Source: Escherichia coli
Lineage (GTDB): Bacteria > Pseudomonadota > Gammaproteobacteria > Enterobacterales > Enterobacteriaceae
DNA length: 64,000 bases
NCBI RefSeq assembly: GCF_030384885.1
Contig: NZ_CP128613.1
Reading direction: 5' to 3' (one strand)
The translations under genes and the position numbers were made by a program. Below, piece by piece: positions 26,103 through 36,436 of this stretch (position 1 is the first letter of the stretch; each line of letters opens with the position of its first letter). The notes below the pieces were generated by a model that was not told the DNA's origin, did no database searches, and saw only the letters and a program-made list of their open reading frames with translations.

Positions 26103-26987
26103 ATGGAACGCGTATATAGAACAGATCTTAAGTTGCTCCGTTATTTTCTTGCCGTAGCGGAAGAGTTGCATTTTGGTCGCGCAGCAGCGCGTTTAAATAT
26201 GTCTCAGCCTCCGCTCAGTATTCATATTAAAGAGCTGGAAAATCAACTCGGCACGCAGCTTTTTATTCGCCATTCGCGCAGCGTCGTACTGACACACGCG
26301 GGCAAAATCTTGATGGAAGAATCGCGTCGATTGCTGGTGAATGCAAATAATATATTGGCTCGGGTTGAACAAATAGGTCGGGGAGAAGCAGGGCGGATTG
26401 AACTCGGGGTTGTGGGAACGGCAATGTGGGGACGGATGCGCCCGGTTATGCGGCGATTCCTTAGAGAAAATCCTAACGTTGAAGTTCTGTTTCGCGAAAA
26501 GATGCCCGCGATGCAAATGGCCTTGCTGGAACGCCGCGAACTTGATGCCGGGATCTGGCGAATGGCGACAGAACCACCGACTGGTTTTACCAGCTTACGG
26601 TTGCATGAATCGGCGTTTCTGGTGGCGATGCCTGAAGAGCATCATCTCTCATCATTTTCCACCGTCCCGCTGGAAGCGCTACGTGACGAGTATTTCGTTA
26701 CAATGCCGCCCGTGTACACTGACTGGGATTTTTTGCAGCGAGTTTGCCAGCAGGTGGGATTTTCACCGGTTGTTATTCGCGAAGTTAATGAACCGCAAAC
26801 GGTACTCGCCATGGTCAGTATGGGTATTGGTATCACATTGATAGCGGACAGCTACGCGCAGATGAACTGGCCCGGTGTCATATTCCGTCCGCTCAAAGAA
26901 CGCATCCCGGCAGACTTATATATTGTTTATGAAACGCAGCAGGTGACGCCCGCGCTGGTTAAACTGCTGGCGGCGTTGGCGCAGTAG
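26103..26987 (+). CDS. xapR: LysR-family activator of xapAB
   Basis: Track ORF trimmed to MERVYRTDLKLLRYF... giving 294 aa. Confidence 0.85.
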   Translation: MERVYRTDLKLLRYFLAVAEELHFGRAAARLNMSQPPLSIHIKELENQLGTQLFIRHSRSVVLTHAGKILMEESRRLLVNANNILARVEQIGRGEAGRIELGVVGTAMWGRMRPVMRRFLRENPNVEVLFREKMPAMQMALLERRELDAGIWRMATEPPTGFTSLRLHESAFLVAMPEEHHLSSFSTVPLEALRDEYFVTMPPVYTDWDFLQRVCQQVGFSPVVIREVNEPQTVLAMVSMGIGITLIADSYAQMNWPGVIFRPLKERIPADLYIVYETQQVTPALVKLLAALAQ

Positions 26988-27017
26988 ATGAGAGGCACGG
27001 GAACTGCCGGACATAGT

Positions 27018-27044
27018 TGGTCTGATAAGCGAAGCGCATCAGGC
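27018..27044. repeat. REP-like palindrome
   Basis: ctgataagcgaagcgcatcag palindromic sequence typical of REP elements. Confidence 0.4.
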
Positions 27045-27057
27045 AATTTCGCAAATT

Positions 27058-27114
27058 GCAGATAGCAAAAAAGCGCCTTTAGGGCGCTTTTTTACATTGG
27101 TGGGTCGTGCAGGA
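27058..27114. repeat. 57-bp direct repeat copy 1 (terminator hairpin plus 17-nt 3' end of tRNA-Lys)
   Basis: Identical to 27214..27270; contains aaaaaagcgcctttagggcgctttttt and tggtgggtcgtgcagga. Confidence 0.8.
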
Positions 27115-27213
27115 TGACTCGCTTCGCTCGCCCTTCGGGCCGTCGCCGCGAGCGGCTCCGTTGTTTCGCTGCGCTCAACTCGAACCTGCTGCAGGTTCGA
27201 ATCTTTGAGTATC

Positions 27214-27270
27214 GCAGATAGCAAAAAAGCGCCTTTAGGGCGCTTTTTTACATTGGTGGGTCGTGCAGGA
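27214..27270. repeat. 57-bp direct repeat copy 2 (overlaps the genuine lysV 3' end and its terminator)
   Basis: Exact 57/57 identity with 27058..27114 by direct comparison. Confidence 0.8.
27223..27250 (-). terminator. Rho-independent terminator of the valU-valX-valY-lysV operon
   Basis: On minus strand gcgcc-ctaaa-ggcgc hairpin followed by tttttt immediately after lysV CCA. Confidence 0.7.
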
Positions 27271-27329
27271 TTCGAACCTGCGACCAATTGATTAAAAGTC
27301 AACTGCTCTACCAACTGAGCTAACGACCC
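27254..27329 (-). tRNA. lysV: tRNA-Lys (UUU)
   Basis: Reverse complement reads GGGTCGTTAGCTCAGTTGGTAGAGCAGTTGACTTTTAATCAATTGGTCGCAGGTTCGAATCCTGCACGACCCACCA. Confidence 0.9.
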
Positions 27330-27333
27330 GAAG

Positions 27334-27409
27334 TGGTGGGTGATGACGGGATCGAACCGCCGACCCCCTCCTTGTAAGGGAGGTGCTCTCCCAGCTGAGC
27401 TAATCACCC
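27334..27409 (-). tRNA. valY: tRNA-Val (UAC)
   Basis: Reverse complement reads GGGTGATTAGCTCAGCTGGGAGAGCACCTCCCTTACAAGGAGGGGGTCGGCGGTTCGATCCCGTCATCACCCACCA; 4 nt from lysV. Confidence 0.9.
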
Positions 27410-27455
27410 ACTTCGGTACTTCACATTTTTACAAGAAATCTAGCTGGCGAGAAAG

Positions 27456-27531
27456 TGGTGGGTGATGACGGGATCGAACCGCCGACCCCCTCCTTGTAAG
27501 GGAGGTGCTCTCCCAGCTGAGCTAATCACCC
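27456..27531 (-). tRNA. valX: tRNA-Val (UAC)
   Basis: Second identical tRNA-Val copy. Confidence 0.9.
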
Positions 27532-27574
27532 ACTTCTCAATTTCTTGCTACACGGCGGAGACTACATAAGTAGT

Positions 27575-27650
27575 TGGTGGGTGATGACGGGATCGAACCG
27601 CCGACCCCCTCCTTGTAAGGGAGGTGCTCTCCCAGCTGAGCTAATCACCC
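27575..27650 (-). tRNA. valU: tRNA-Val (UAC)
   Basis: Third identical tRNA-Val copy, first gene of the operon. Confidence 0.9.
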
Positions 27651-27908
27651 CCGCTGTGTGGAGTCGCATTATAGGGAGAGTTCAAAATGAGTCAACGCAT
27701 TTTCTAAAGAAATTGTTCGTTCGTCGTAAATTTAAGCAAGATGATCGCAAAACAGACCGTGTTGCGCAATTTCTCAACGAAAACAATAATGCATCATGTA
27801 GCAACCCGAACTACATTGAGGAATCAGGCGGGAGTGATAGAATATCGCCCACTCAATTTTTCCAGGATTTGCCGGTTGTCGGCATCTTTCTAAACGTAAG
27901 GCCATTTC

Positions 27909-29324
27909 ATGAAAATCAAAACTCGCTTCGCGCCAAGCCCAACAGGCTATCTGCACGTTGGCGGCGCGCGTACTGCTCTTTACTCCTGGCTTTTTGCACG
28001 TAACCACGGCGGTGAGTTCGTGCTGCGTATTGAAGACACCGATCTTGAGCGTTCCACGCCGGAAGCTATCGAAGCCATTATGGATGGTATGAACTGGCTG
28101 AGCCTGGAGTGGGATGAAGGTCCGTACTTCCAGACCAAACGTTTTGATCGCTACAACGCGGTGATCGATCAGATGCTGGAAGAGGGCACAGCTTATAAAT
28201 GCTATTGCTCTAAAGAGCGCCTGGAAGCGCTGCGTGAAGAGCAAATGGCAAAAGGTGAGAAACCACGTTATGACGGTCGTTGCCGCCACAGCCATGAGCA
28301 TCACGCTGATGATGAACCGTGCGTTGTACGTTTTGCTAACCCGCAGGAAGGTTCCGTTGTTTTTGACGATCAGATCCGTGGTCCGATCGAGTTCAGCAAC
28401 CAGGAGCTTGATGATCTGATTATCCGTCGTACCGATGGTTCCCCGACCTATAACTTCTGTGTGGTTGTCGATGACTGGGATATGGAAATCACCCACGTTA
28501 TCCGTGGCGAAGACCATATCAACAACACGCCACGCCAGATCAACATTCTTAAAGCCCTGAAAGCGCCGGTACCGGTTTACGCGCACGTTTCTATGATCAA
28601 CGGCGATGACGGTAAAAAACTGTCCAAACGTCACGGGGCGGTCAGCGTAATGCAGTATCGTGATGATGGTTATCTGCCTGAAGCACTGCTGAACTATCTG
28701 GTGCGTCTGGGCTGGTCCCACGGCGATCAGGAAATCTTCACTCGTGAAGAGATGATTAAATACTTCACTCTGAATGTCGTCAGCAAATCTGCCAGTGCGT
28801 TCAACACCGACAAGCTGCTGTGGCTGAACCATCACTACATTAACGCGTTGCCGCCGGAGTATGTTGCTACTCATTTACAGTGGCACATTGAGCAGGAAAA
28901 TATCGATACCCGTAACGGCCCGCAGCTGGCTGATCTGGTGAAACTGCTGGGCGAACGCTGCAAGACGCTGAAAGAGATGGCTCAGAGCTGCCGTTATTTC
29001 TACGAAGATTTTGCTGAGTTCGATGCCGACGCCGCGAAAAAACATCTGCGTCCGGTAGCGCGTCAGCCGCTGGAAGTGGTTCGTGACAAACTGGCCGCGA
29101 TTACTGACTGGACCGCTGAAAACGTTCATCACGCTATTCAGGCGACGGCGGATGAGCTGGAAGTGGGTATGGGCAAAGTTGGTATGCCGCTGCGTGTCGC
29201 CGTAACCGGTGCGGGGCAATCTCCGGCACTGGATGTTACCGTTCACGCAATCGGTAAGACCCGCAGTATCGAGCGTATCAACAAAGCGCTGGCTTTTATT
29301 GCGGAACGCGAAAATCAGCAGTAA
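27909..29324 (+). CDS. gltX: Glutamyl-tRNA synthetase
   Basis: 471-aa class I aaRS with HVGG (HIGH-type) and KLSKR (KMSKS-type) motifs; divergent from the tRNA operon. Confidence 0.95.
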   Translation: MKIKTRFAPSPTGYLHVGGARTALYSWLFARNHGGEFVLRIEDTDLERSTPEAIEAIMDGMNWLSLEWDEGPYFQTKRFDRYNAVIDQMLEEGTAYKCYCSKERLEALREEQMAKGEKPRYDGRCRHSHEHHADDEPCVVRFANPQEGSVVFDDQIRGPIEFSNQELDDLIIRRTDGSPTYNFCVVVDDWDMEITHVIRGEDHINNTPRQINILKALKAPVPVYAHVSMINGDDGKKLSKRHGAVSVMQYRDDGYLPEALLNYLVRLGWSHGDQEIFTREEMIKYFTLNVVSKSASAFNTDKLLWLNHHYINALPPEYVATHLQWHIEQENIDTRNGPQLADLVKLLGERCKTLKEMAQSCRYFYEDFAEFDADAAKKHLRPVARQPLEVVRDKLAAITDWTAENVHHAIQATADELEVGMGKVGMPLRVAVTGAGQSPALDVTVHAIGKTRSIERINKALAFIAERENQQ

Positions 29325-29342
29325 TTAGCGCATAAAAGATAA

Positions 29343-29371
29343 ACGGCAGGAGAGATACCCCTGCCGTTTTT
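29343..29371. terminator. Rho-independent terminator after gltX
   Basis: cggcagg...cctgccg hairpin followed by tttttt. Confidence 0.6.
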
Positions 29372-29374
29372 TAT

Positions 29375-29767
29375 TTATTCTGATTCATCTATGTCGAGAC
29401 GAGCAAGGAAATGACGAATTCCTTCACGTGACAAAAATTGCGCAACTTTTTCCTGCTCACTGTGAGTCATGTTGTCTATTGCGCTGATGATTTGCCGATA
29501 AGCGGGAGTGCGAATCCCCGGTGCATATTCGGCAAGGGGTTCTTCGGCTTCCAGAAGCATCGGCGTGTTATGGAAGGCTGGTGTATTCTGAATAAACTCG
29601 CAAACTTGCGTATCGATCAGAATAAGTCTGGCGCGACCGCCTTTCACGCCGGGAAATTTTTCCGTTTTCCAGCCTTTCTCTCTGATCCAACGGTTAACAG
29701 TTTGTTTAGCCACACCGAGGCATTCCGCCAGTTCTTCGGTGGTCATTTTATTGCGTAATCTTTTCAT
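29375..29767 (-). CDS. yfeD: Small putative DNA-binding protein, paralog of YfeC
   Basis: 130-aa ORF; N-terminal HTH-like segment clearly similar to the adjacent yfeC product. Confidence 0.7.
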   Translation of the reverse strand: MKRLRNKMTTEELAECLGVAKQTVNRWIREKGWKTEKFPGVKGGRARLILIDTQVCEFIQNTPAFHNTPMLLEAEEPLAEYAPGIRTPAYRQIISAIDNMTHSEQEKVAQFLSREGIRHFLARLDIDESE

Positions 29768-29768
29768 A

Positions 29769-30128
29769 TTATTTGCTATCGCGAATCCCTAAGCGTTGTA
29801 ATAACCCGATAATCCCTTCCCGCAGAAGCAAGGATGTAAACTGTTTTTGTTCAACTGGCGTCATCTCTTTCGCCAGTGTCACCAGTAACACTTCAAGCGG
29901 CGTATCACCAGACAGGGCAGGTGCTTCTCCCTGACCTTCCGGACGTTCAGCATTGCGAATATATTCACGAACCTGTTCATTGACGTGAACCAGTCTGGCT
30001 TTGCCACCCTGGACGCCTGGTTTTGGTGACGTCGTCCAGCCTTCCTTGCGTACCCATTTATTAATGGTCTGACGGCTATAACCGGTCAGTCTGGCAAGTT
30101 CATCTGGCGTCATCCTCTCCTTGAACAT
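29769..30128 (-). CDS. yfeC: Small putative DNA-binding protein, paralog of YfeD
   Basis: 119-aa ORF immediately upstream of yfeD (1-nt gap), same strand. Confidence 0.7.
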   Translation of the reverse strand: MFKERMTPDELARLTGYSRQTINKWVRKEGWTTSPKPGVQGGKARLVHVNEQVREYIRNAERPEGQGEAPALSGDTPLEVLLVTLAKEMTPVEQKQFTSLLLREGIIGLLQRLGIRDSK

Positions 30129-30348
30129 AACAATTCCCTGAATGTATGTAGGTCTATTAGCGGTTCATTTTATAACACCACTTTACAGGAAACCGTGACA
30201 TGAATAACTACTGAATGCGAGCGGTTTTCCAAAATTGTTCATTTGCCTGATTTTTCAGCGATTGAAACTACACGCTGCAATTTGCCGTTGACACATTCGG
30301 GCGGAATTCATATGATGCCGCCCGTCAACTCGACAAGCTTTACGTGAT

Positions 30349-30424
<76 letters not shown>

Positions 30425-30463
30425 AATTTTGCACCCAGCAAATTTGGTACGTAAACGACTCGT

Positions 30464-30539
<76 letters not shown>

Positions 30540-30546
30540 AATTTCA

Positions 30547-30575
30547 AACCCTCGCTGTAAAGCGGGGGTTTTTTG
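30547..30575 (+). terminator. Terminator-like hairpin after alaW
   Basis: ccctcgc-tgtaaa-gcggggg followed by tttttt. Confidence 0.5.
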
Positions 30576-30745
30576 TCTCTGCCTTTTGCCGCTTTTGTAA
30601 TACAGTCTACATCCTGGCAGTGCCGTGTGGTGAATGCATCACTGACTGAAAAAACAGCAACAGGCTGGCCCCTGTTTGCTTCGCGATGCGAATAAACTTA
30701 TTATTTGTGTGCCTGAAAACCCCGATCAGTGAGAGTAGTGTACTC

Positions 30746-32935
30746 ATGTTTGTGGAGCATAACCTGATAAAAAATATCAAGATATTCACACTAGCGTTTA
30801 CGCTCACCGTGGTACTTATTCAGCTATCCCGTTTTATTTCGCCACTTGCCGTTATCCATTCCAGTTATATCTTTTTGGCGTGGATGCCACTGTGCGTAAT
30901 GCTGGCAATCTTGTTTATCTTTGGCTGGCGCGGTGTCGTTCCTGTTTTAGGCGGGATGTTTTGCACCAATCTGTGGAATTTTCATCTCTCTTTTTTACAG
31001 AACTCCGTCATGCTCGGCAGCCAGACGTTTGCAGTCCTGTGTGCCTGTGCAATATTACGCTGGCAATTGGGAACGCGTTGGCGTTATGGTTTGACCAGCC
31101 GATACGTCTGGCAACGTCTCTTCTGGCTTGGTTTGGTGGCACCGATTGGCATCAAATGCAGCATGTATCTTGTGGGGAATTTCTTTGATTTTCCGCTAAA
31201 GATATCTACCTTTTTCGGCGATGCGGATGCCATTTTCACGGTCGTTGATTTGCTAAGCCTTTTCACCGCAGTGCTGATTTACAACATGCTGTTTTACTAT
31301 CTCACCCGCATGATTGTAAGTCCCCACTTTGCGCAGATCCTGTGGCGCAGGGATATCGCTCCGTCGTTGAGCAAAGAGAAACGCGTATTTACCTTAAGCT
31401 GGCTGGCAGCTCTTAGCGTGCTGCTACTTCTGATGTGTACACCGTATGAAAATGACTTCATTGCCGGTTACCTGGTACCTGTTTTCTTTATCATCTTTAC
31501 CCTCGGGGTCGGTAAGCTTCGCTATCCGTTTTTAAATCTCACCTGGGCTGTTTCAACGCTTTGCCTTCTGAATTACAACCAGAACTTTTTGCAAGGGGTA
31601 CAAACCGAATATTCGCTGGCATTTATTCTCGCGGTGCTGATTTCCTTTAGTGTTTGCCTGCTCTATATGGTGCGCATTTATCATCGTAGTGAATGGCTTA
31701 ACCGACGCTGGCATTTGCAGGCGCTGACCGATCCGTTAACGCTCTTACCCAACTTTCGCGCGTTGGAACAAGCACCAGAGCAAGAGGCTGGCAAGAGTTT
31801 TTGCTGCCTGCGTATTGATAACCTTGAGTTTATGAGTCGTCATTACGGGTTAATGATGCGCGTTCACTGTATCCGCTCAATTTACCGTACGTTAATGCCG
31901 CTGATGCAGGAAAACGAAAAGTTGTATCAATTGCCGGGGAGTGAACTGCTATTAGTACTGAGCGGGCCGGAAACGGAAGGGCGACTCCAGCATATGGTTA
32001 ACATCCTGAATAGTCGGCAAATTCACTGGAACAATACCGGGCTGGATATGGGCTATGGTGCTGCCTGGGGGCGTTTTGATGGAAATCAGGAAACCCTGCA
32101 ACCCTTGTTGGGGCAGTTAAGCTGGCTGGCGGAGCAATCCTGCGCACATCATCATGTGCTGGCGCTGGATAGCAGAGAGGAGATGGTTTCCGGGCAGACC
32201 ACTAAACAGGTGCTATTGCTGAATACCATTCGCACGGCGTTAGATCAGGGGGATTTGCTGCTCTACGCCCAGCCAATTCGCAACAAAGAGGGTGAAGGTT
32301 ATGATGAGATCCTCGCGCGACTGAAATATGACGGCGGCATTATGACCCCGGATAAGTTTCTGCCCCTTATTGCTCAGTTTAACCTTAGCGCGCGTTTTGA
32401 TTTGCAAGTGCTGGAATCCCTGTTGAAGTGGCTGGCAACACACCCCTGCGACAAGAAAGGTCCGCGCTTTTCAGTCAATTTAATGCCGCTCACGCTGCTG
32501 CAAAAAAATATTGCCGGGCGGATTATTCGTCTGTTTAAGCGTTATCACATCTCCCCGCAGGCGGTCATTCTTGAGATCACCGAGGAACAGGCGTTTTCTA
32601 ACGCAGAAAGCAGTATGTACAACATCGAGCAGCTGCATAAGTTTGGTTTCCGGATTGCGATTGATGATTTTGGCACCGGCTATGCCAACTACGAACGGCT
32701 AAAGCGTTTGCAGGCTGATATCATTAAAATTGATGGCGTCTTTGTGAAAGATATCGTCACGAACACGCTGGATGCGATGATTGTGAGATCAATTACCGAT
32801 CTGGCGAAAGCGAAGTCATTGAGTGTGGTCGCGGAGTTTGTCGAGACGCCACAGCAGCAGGCGCTATTGCATAAGCTCGGGGTGCAATATCTGCAAGGGT
32901 ATTTGATTGGTCGCCCTCAGCCATTAGCTGATTAA
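30746..32935 (+). CDS. pdeA: c-di-GMP phosphodiesterase with degenerate GGDEF and EAL domains and N-terminal MASE membrane domain
   Basis: Track ORF trimmed to MFVEHNLIKNI... giving 729 aa; multi-TM N-terminus and EAL-type C-terminus. Confidence 0.75.
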   Translation: MFVEHNLIKNIKIFTLAFTLTVVLIQLSRFISPLAVIHSSYIFLAWMPLCVMLAILFIFGWRGVVPVLGGMFCTNLWNFHLSFLQNSVMLGSQTFAVLCACAILRWQLGTRWRYGLTSRYVWQRLFWLGLVAPIGIKCSMYLVGNFFDFPLKISTFFGDADAIFTVVDLLSLFTAVLIYNMLFYYLTRMIVSPHFAQILWRRDIAPSLSKEKRVFTLSWLAALSVLLLLMCTPYENDFIAGYLVPVFFIIFTLGVGKLRYPFLNLTWAVSTLCLLNYNQNFLQGVQTEYSLAFILAVLISFSVCLLYMVRIYHRSEWLNRRWHLQALTDPLTLLPNFRALEQAPEQEAGKSFCCLRIDNLEFMSRHYGLMMRVHCIRSIYRTLMPLMQENEKLYQLPGSELLLVLSGPETEGRLQHMVNILNSRQIHWNNTGLDMGYGAAWGRFDGNQETLQPLLGQLSWLAEQSCAHHHVLALDSREEMVSGQTTKQVLLLNTIRTALDQGDLLLYAQPIRNKEGEGYDEILARLKYDGGIMTPDKFLPLIAQFNLSARFDLQVLESLLKWLATHPCDKKGPRFSVNLMPLTLLQKNIAGRIIRLFKRYHISPQAVILEITEEQAFSNAESSMYNIEQLHKFGFRIAIDDFGTGYANYERLKRLQADIIKIDGVFVKDIVTNTLDAMIVRSITDLAKAKSLSVVAEFVETPQQQALLHKLGVQYLQGYLIGRPQPLAD

Positions 32936-32996
32936 CAGGCGTAAAAAAAGCAGGGAATTATCCCCGGCTTTTGTGGCTGATGACAAACAGAAAAAT

Positions 32997-33025
32997 GCCT
33001 GATGCGCTACGCTTATCAGGCCTAC
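32997..33025. repeat. REP element
   Basis: gcctgatgcgctacgcttatcaggcctac, classic REP palindrome, flanked on both sides by hairpin-T-tract terminators. Confidence 0.55.
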
Positions 33026-33037
33026 ATGGAATTGAAG

Positions 33038-33055
33038 CCGGGGAATTATCCCCGG
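33038..33055. other. Palindrome ccGGGGaattatCCCCgg matching the GGGG(N6)CCCC target preference of IS186; unoccupied here
   Basis: Sequence read directly; a degenerate copy GGG-aattat-CCCC lies at about 32953..32965. Confidence 0.5.
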
Positions 33056-33077
33056 CTTTTTAATTAATGAATTGGAC

Positions 33078-34280
33078 TTACAGCACCAGTGCTGCGATTG
33101 ACGCAGACAGCACACTCACCAGAGTAGAGCCGTAAACCAGTTTCAGACCGAAGCGAGAAACCACGTTACCTTGCTCTTCATTCAGGCCTTTAACCGCACC
33201 GGCGATAATCCCGATAGAAGAGAAGTTAGCGAAGGAAACCAGGAACACGGAGATGATGCCTTCAGCACGCGGAGAGAGCGTGGAAGCGATTTTCTGCAGA
33301 TCCATCATCGCAACGAACTCGTTGGAAACCAGTTTGGTCGCCATAATACTGCCCACCTGCAGTGCTTCACTGGAAGGAACACCCATCACCCACGCAACCG
33401 GATAGAAGATGTAGCCCAGGATGCCCTGGAAGGAGATGCTGTAGCCAAACCAGCCAGTCACAGTGGCAAACAGTGCGTTCAGCGCAGCGATCAGGGCGAT
33501 AAAGCCGATCAGCATCGCGGCAACGATAATGGCAACTTTGAAACCTGCCAGAATGTATTCACCCAGCATTTCGAAGAAGCTCTGACCTTCGTGCAGGTTG
33601 GACATCTGAATGTTTTCTTCACTGGCATCAACACGGTAAGGGTTGATCAGCGACAGCACGATAAAGGTGCTGAACATGTTCAGTACCAGCGCCGCAACGA
33701 CGTATTTCGGCTCCAGCATCGTCATGTATGCACCAACGATGGACATCGACACGGTGGACATCGCCGTAGCTGCCATGGTGTACATACGATTGCGGGAGAT
33801 TTTGCCGAGGATATCTTTATAGGCAATAAAGTTTTCAGACTGACCCAGAATCAGAGAGCTGACGGCGTTGAAGGATTCCAGTTTGCCCATACCGTTGACT
33901 TTGGAGAGCAGGAAACCAATTGCGCGGATAATCACCGGCAACACGCGAATGTGCTGGAGAATACCGATCAGCGCAGAGATAAAGACGATTGGGCACAGCA
34001 CTTTCAGGAAGAAGAATGCCAGGCCTTGATCATTCATGCTACCAAAGACGAAGTTAGTCCCTTCGTTGGCAAATCCGAGCAGTTTCTCAAACATTTCGGA
34101 GAAGCCTTTCACGAAGCCCAAACCAACGTCGGAGTTCAGGAAGAACCACGCCAGTAACACTTCGATAACAAGCAGTTGAATAACATAACGGATACGAATT
34201 TTTTTGCGGTCGCTGCTTACCAGCAGTGCGAGAATCGCAACAACGGCAAGTGCCAGTACAAAATGAAGGACGCGGTCCAT
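33078..34280 (-). CDS. nupC: Nucleoside:H+ symporter (CNT family)
   Basis: Track ORF trimmed to [20 protein letters not shown]... giving 400 aa. Confidence 0.9.
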   Translation of the reverse strand: MDRVLHFVLALAVVAILALLVSSDRKKIRIRYVIQLLVIEVLLAWFFLNSDVGLGFVKGFSEMFEKLLGFANEGTNFVFGSMNDQGLAFFFLKVLCPIVFISALIGILQHIRVLPVIIRAIGFLLSKVNGMGKLESFNAVSSLILGQSENFIAYKDILGKISRNRMYTMAATAMSTVSMSIVGAYMTMLEPKYVVAALVLNMFSTFIVLSLINPYRVDASEENIQMSNLHEGQSFFEMLGEYILAGFKVAIIVAAMLIGFIALIAALNALFATVTGWFGYSISFQGILGYIFYPVAWVMGVPSSEALQVGSIMATKLVSNEFVAMMDLQKIASTLSPRAEGIISVFLVSFANFSSIGIIAGAVKGLNEEQGNVVSRFGLKLVYGSTLVSVLSASIAALVL

Positions 34281-34552
34281 ATTTGCTCCAAATATGAGGC
34301 AGGTTAAATTTCCGTGCACATTCTATGTAACATGGTTAAGGAAAACGAGATCTGACACACACTATAATGACGTCCTGTGACAAGCTTCAAAAATAGTGAG
34401 CTGTCATACATTTCTGCTATGTTGTGTATGGAAGCTGAAAGTTATGTAAATGTGCTAACATTAAACATAATCACAACATTCAAGTCATCAATCTTTTCGT
34501 CGTCATAATTCTGGTCTATCAAAGAAATCATCACAATCCACTTAAATGAATT

Positions 34553-34575
34553 TGATAATCATTCTCGTTTGTCAT
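34553..34575. promoter_or_regulatory. Fur-box-like sequence in the mntH promoter
   Basis: tgataatcattctcgtttgtcat resembles the GATAATGATAATCATTATC Fur consensus. Confidence 0.4.
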
Positions 34576-34581
34576 AGCATG

Positions 34582-34604
34582 AAACATAGCAAAGGCTATG
34601 TTTT
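34582..34604. promoter_or_regulatory. MntR operator-like palindrome
   Basis: aaacatagc-aaag-gctatgtttt inverted repeat 12 nt upstream of the mntH start codon. Confidence 0.55.
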
Positions 34605-34606
34605 AG

Positions 34607-35854
<1,248 letters not shown>

Positions 35855-35882
35855 TTCAACTGGCGTCGTACCAGGCATCACT

Positions 35883-35971
35883 GGCGGATGCGGCGTAAAA
35901 CGCCTCATCCGCCCTACGCGTTAAAGAGACGGTTTGTAGGCCTGATAAGACGCACTAGCGTCGCATCAGGC
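35883..35971. repeat. Pair of REP elements (BIME-like)
   Basis: ggcggatgcggcgtaaaacgcctcatccgcc and gcctgataagacgcactagcgtcgcatcaggc palindromes between mntH and ypeC. Confidence 0.5.
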
Positions 35972-35995
35972 ATTGTGCTCCATTGGCGAATGTGT

Positions 35996-36322
35996 TTAAT
36001 GGCGGTGTCCATGTCCGCGGCCTTTTCCGCGATGATCGTCACGATCGCGCCAGCCTTCACGATAGCCACGCTCATACGCTTTACGCTTATCCCAGCCACG
36101 GTGGTAGCCATTATCATGACGCCACCAGCGGTTTTTACGCCATTCATAATTGCGATGCCAGTAGTCACGGTCGCGCCAGTGACCACCGTCCCAGTAATTA
36201 CCGTAATGATCGCGATCGCCAATTTGTAATTTGATTGATGGCAGTAGGGTGATTTCACCTGCGTTTGCCGCAAGCGGGGTAAATGCCATCAGGGCGGCCG
36301 CCAGAAACAGTGACCTGAACAT
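35996..36322 (-). CDS. ypeC: Small secreted His/Arg/Trp-rich protein (DUF2502)
   Basis: 108-aa ORF with signal peptide [21 protein letters not shown] and repetitive RD/RW/HR-rich mature part. Confidence 0.7.
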
Positions 36323-36436
36323 TGTTATTCTCCTTCACGATCGAAGCCGTCAGCGGCCTGTTAACGCAATATTACGGGGAGGTAAAGCCCCGTATCATCG
36401 CCATAACTCTTAAATCATAAAGGAGAGCATTTTTTG

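Noticed and set aside
27039-27407. 122-aa minus-strand ORF spanning the tRNA-Lys/tRNA-Val genes (and 152-aa plus-strand ORF 27545..28003)
   Set aside because: Both run through tRNA genes and the gltX promoter region; the tRNA identity is unambiguous, so the ORFs are spurious.
27334-27650. Three identical 76-nt repeats with about 45-nt spacers, superficially array-like
   Set aside because: These are three complete tRNA-Val genes with CCA ends, not CRISPR repeats; no CRISPR array or cas genes were seen anywhere in the window.
27774-28874. 366-aa ORF antisense to gltX (and several other long antisense ORFs, e.g. 19507..20148 in ligA, 33171..34157 in nupC, 6235..6963 in cysP, 38140..38832 in glk)
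   Set aside because: Each lies entirely within and opposite a confidently identified gene, has no recognisable domain or RBS context, and long stop-free antisense frames are expected by chance in GC-rich coding sequence.
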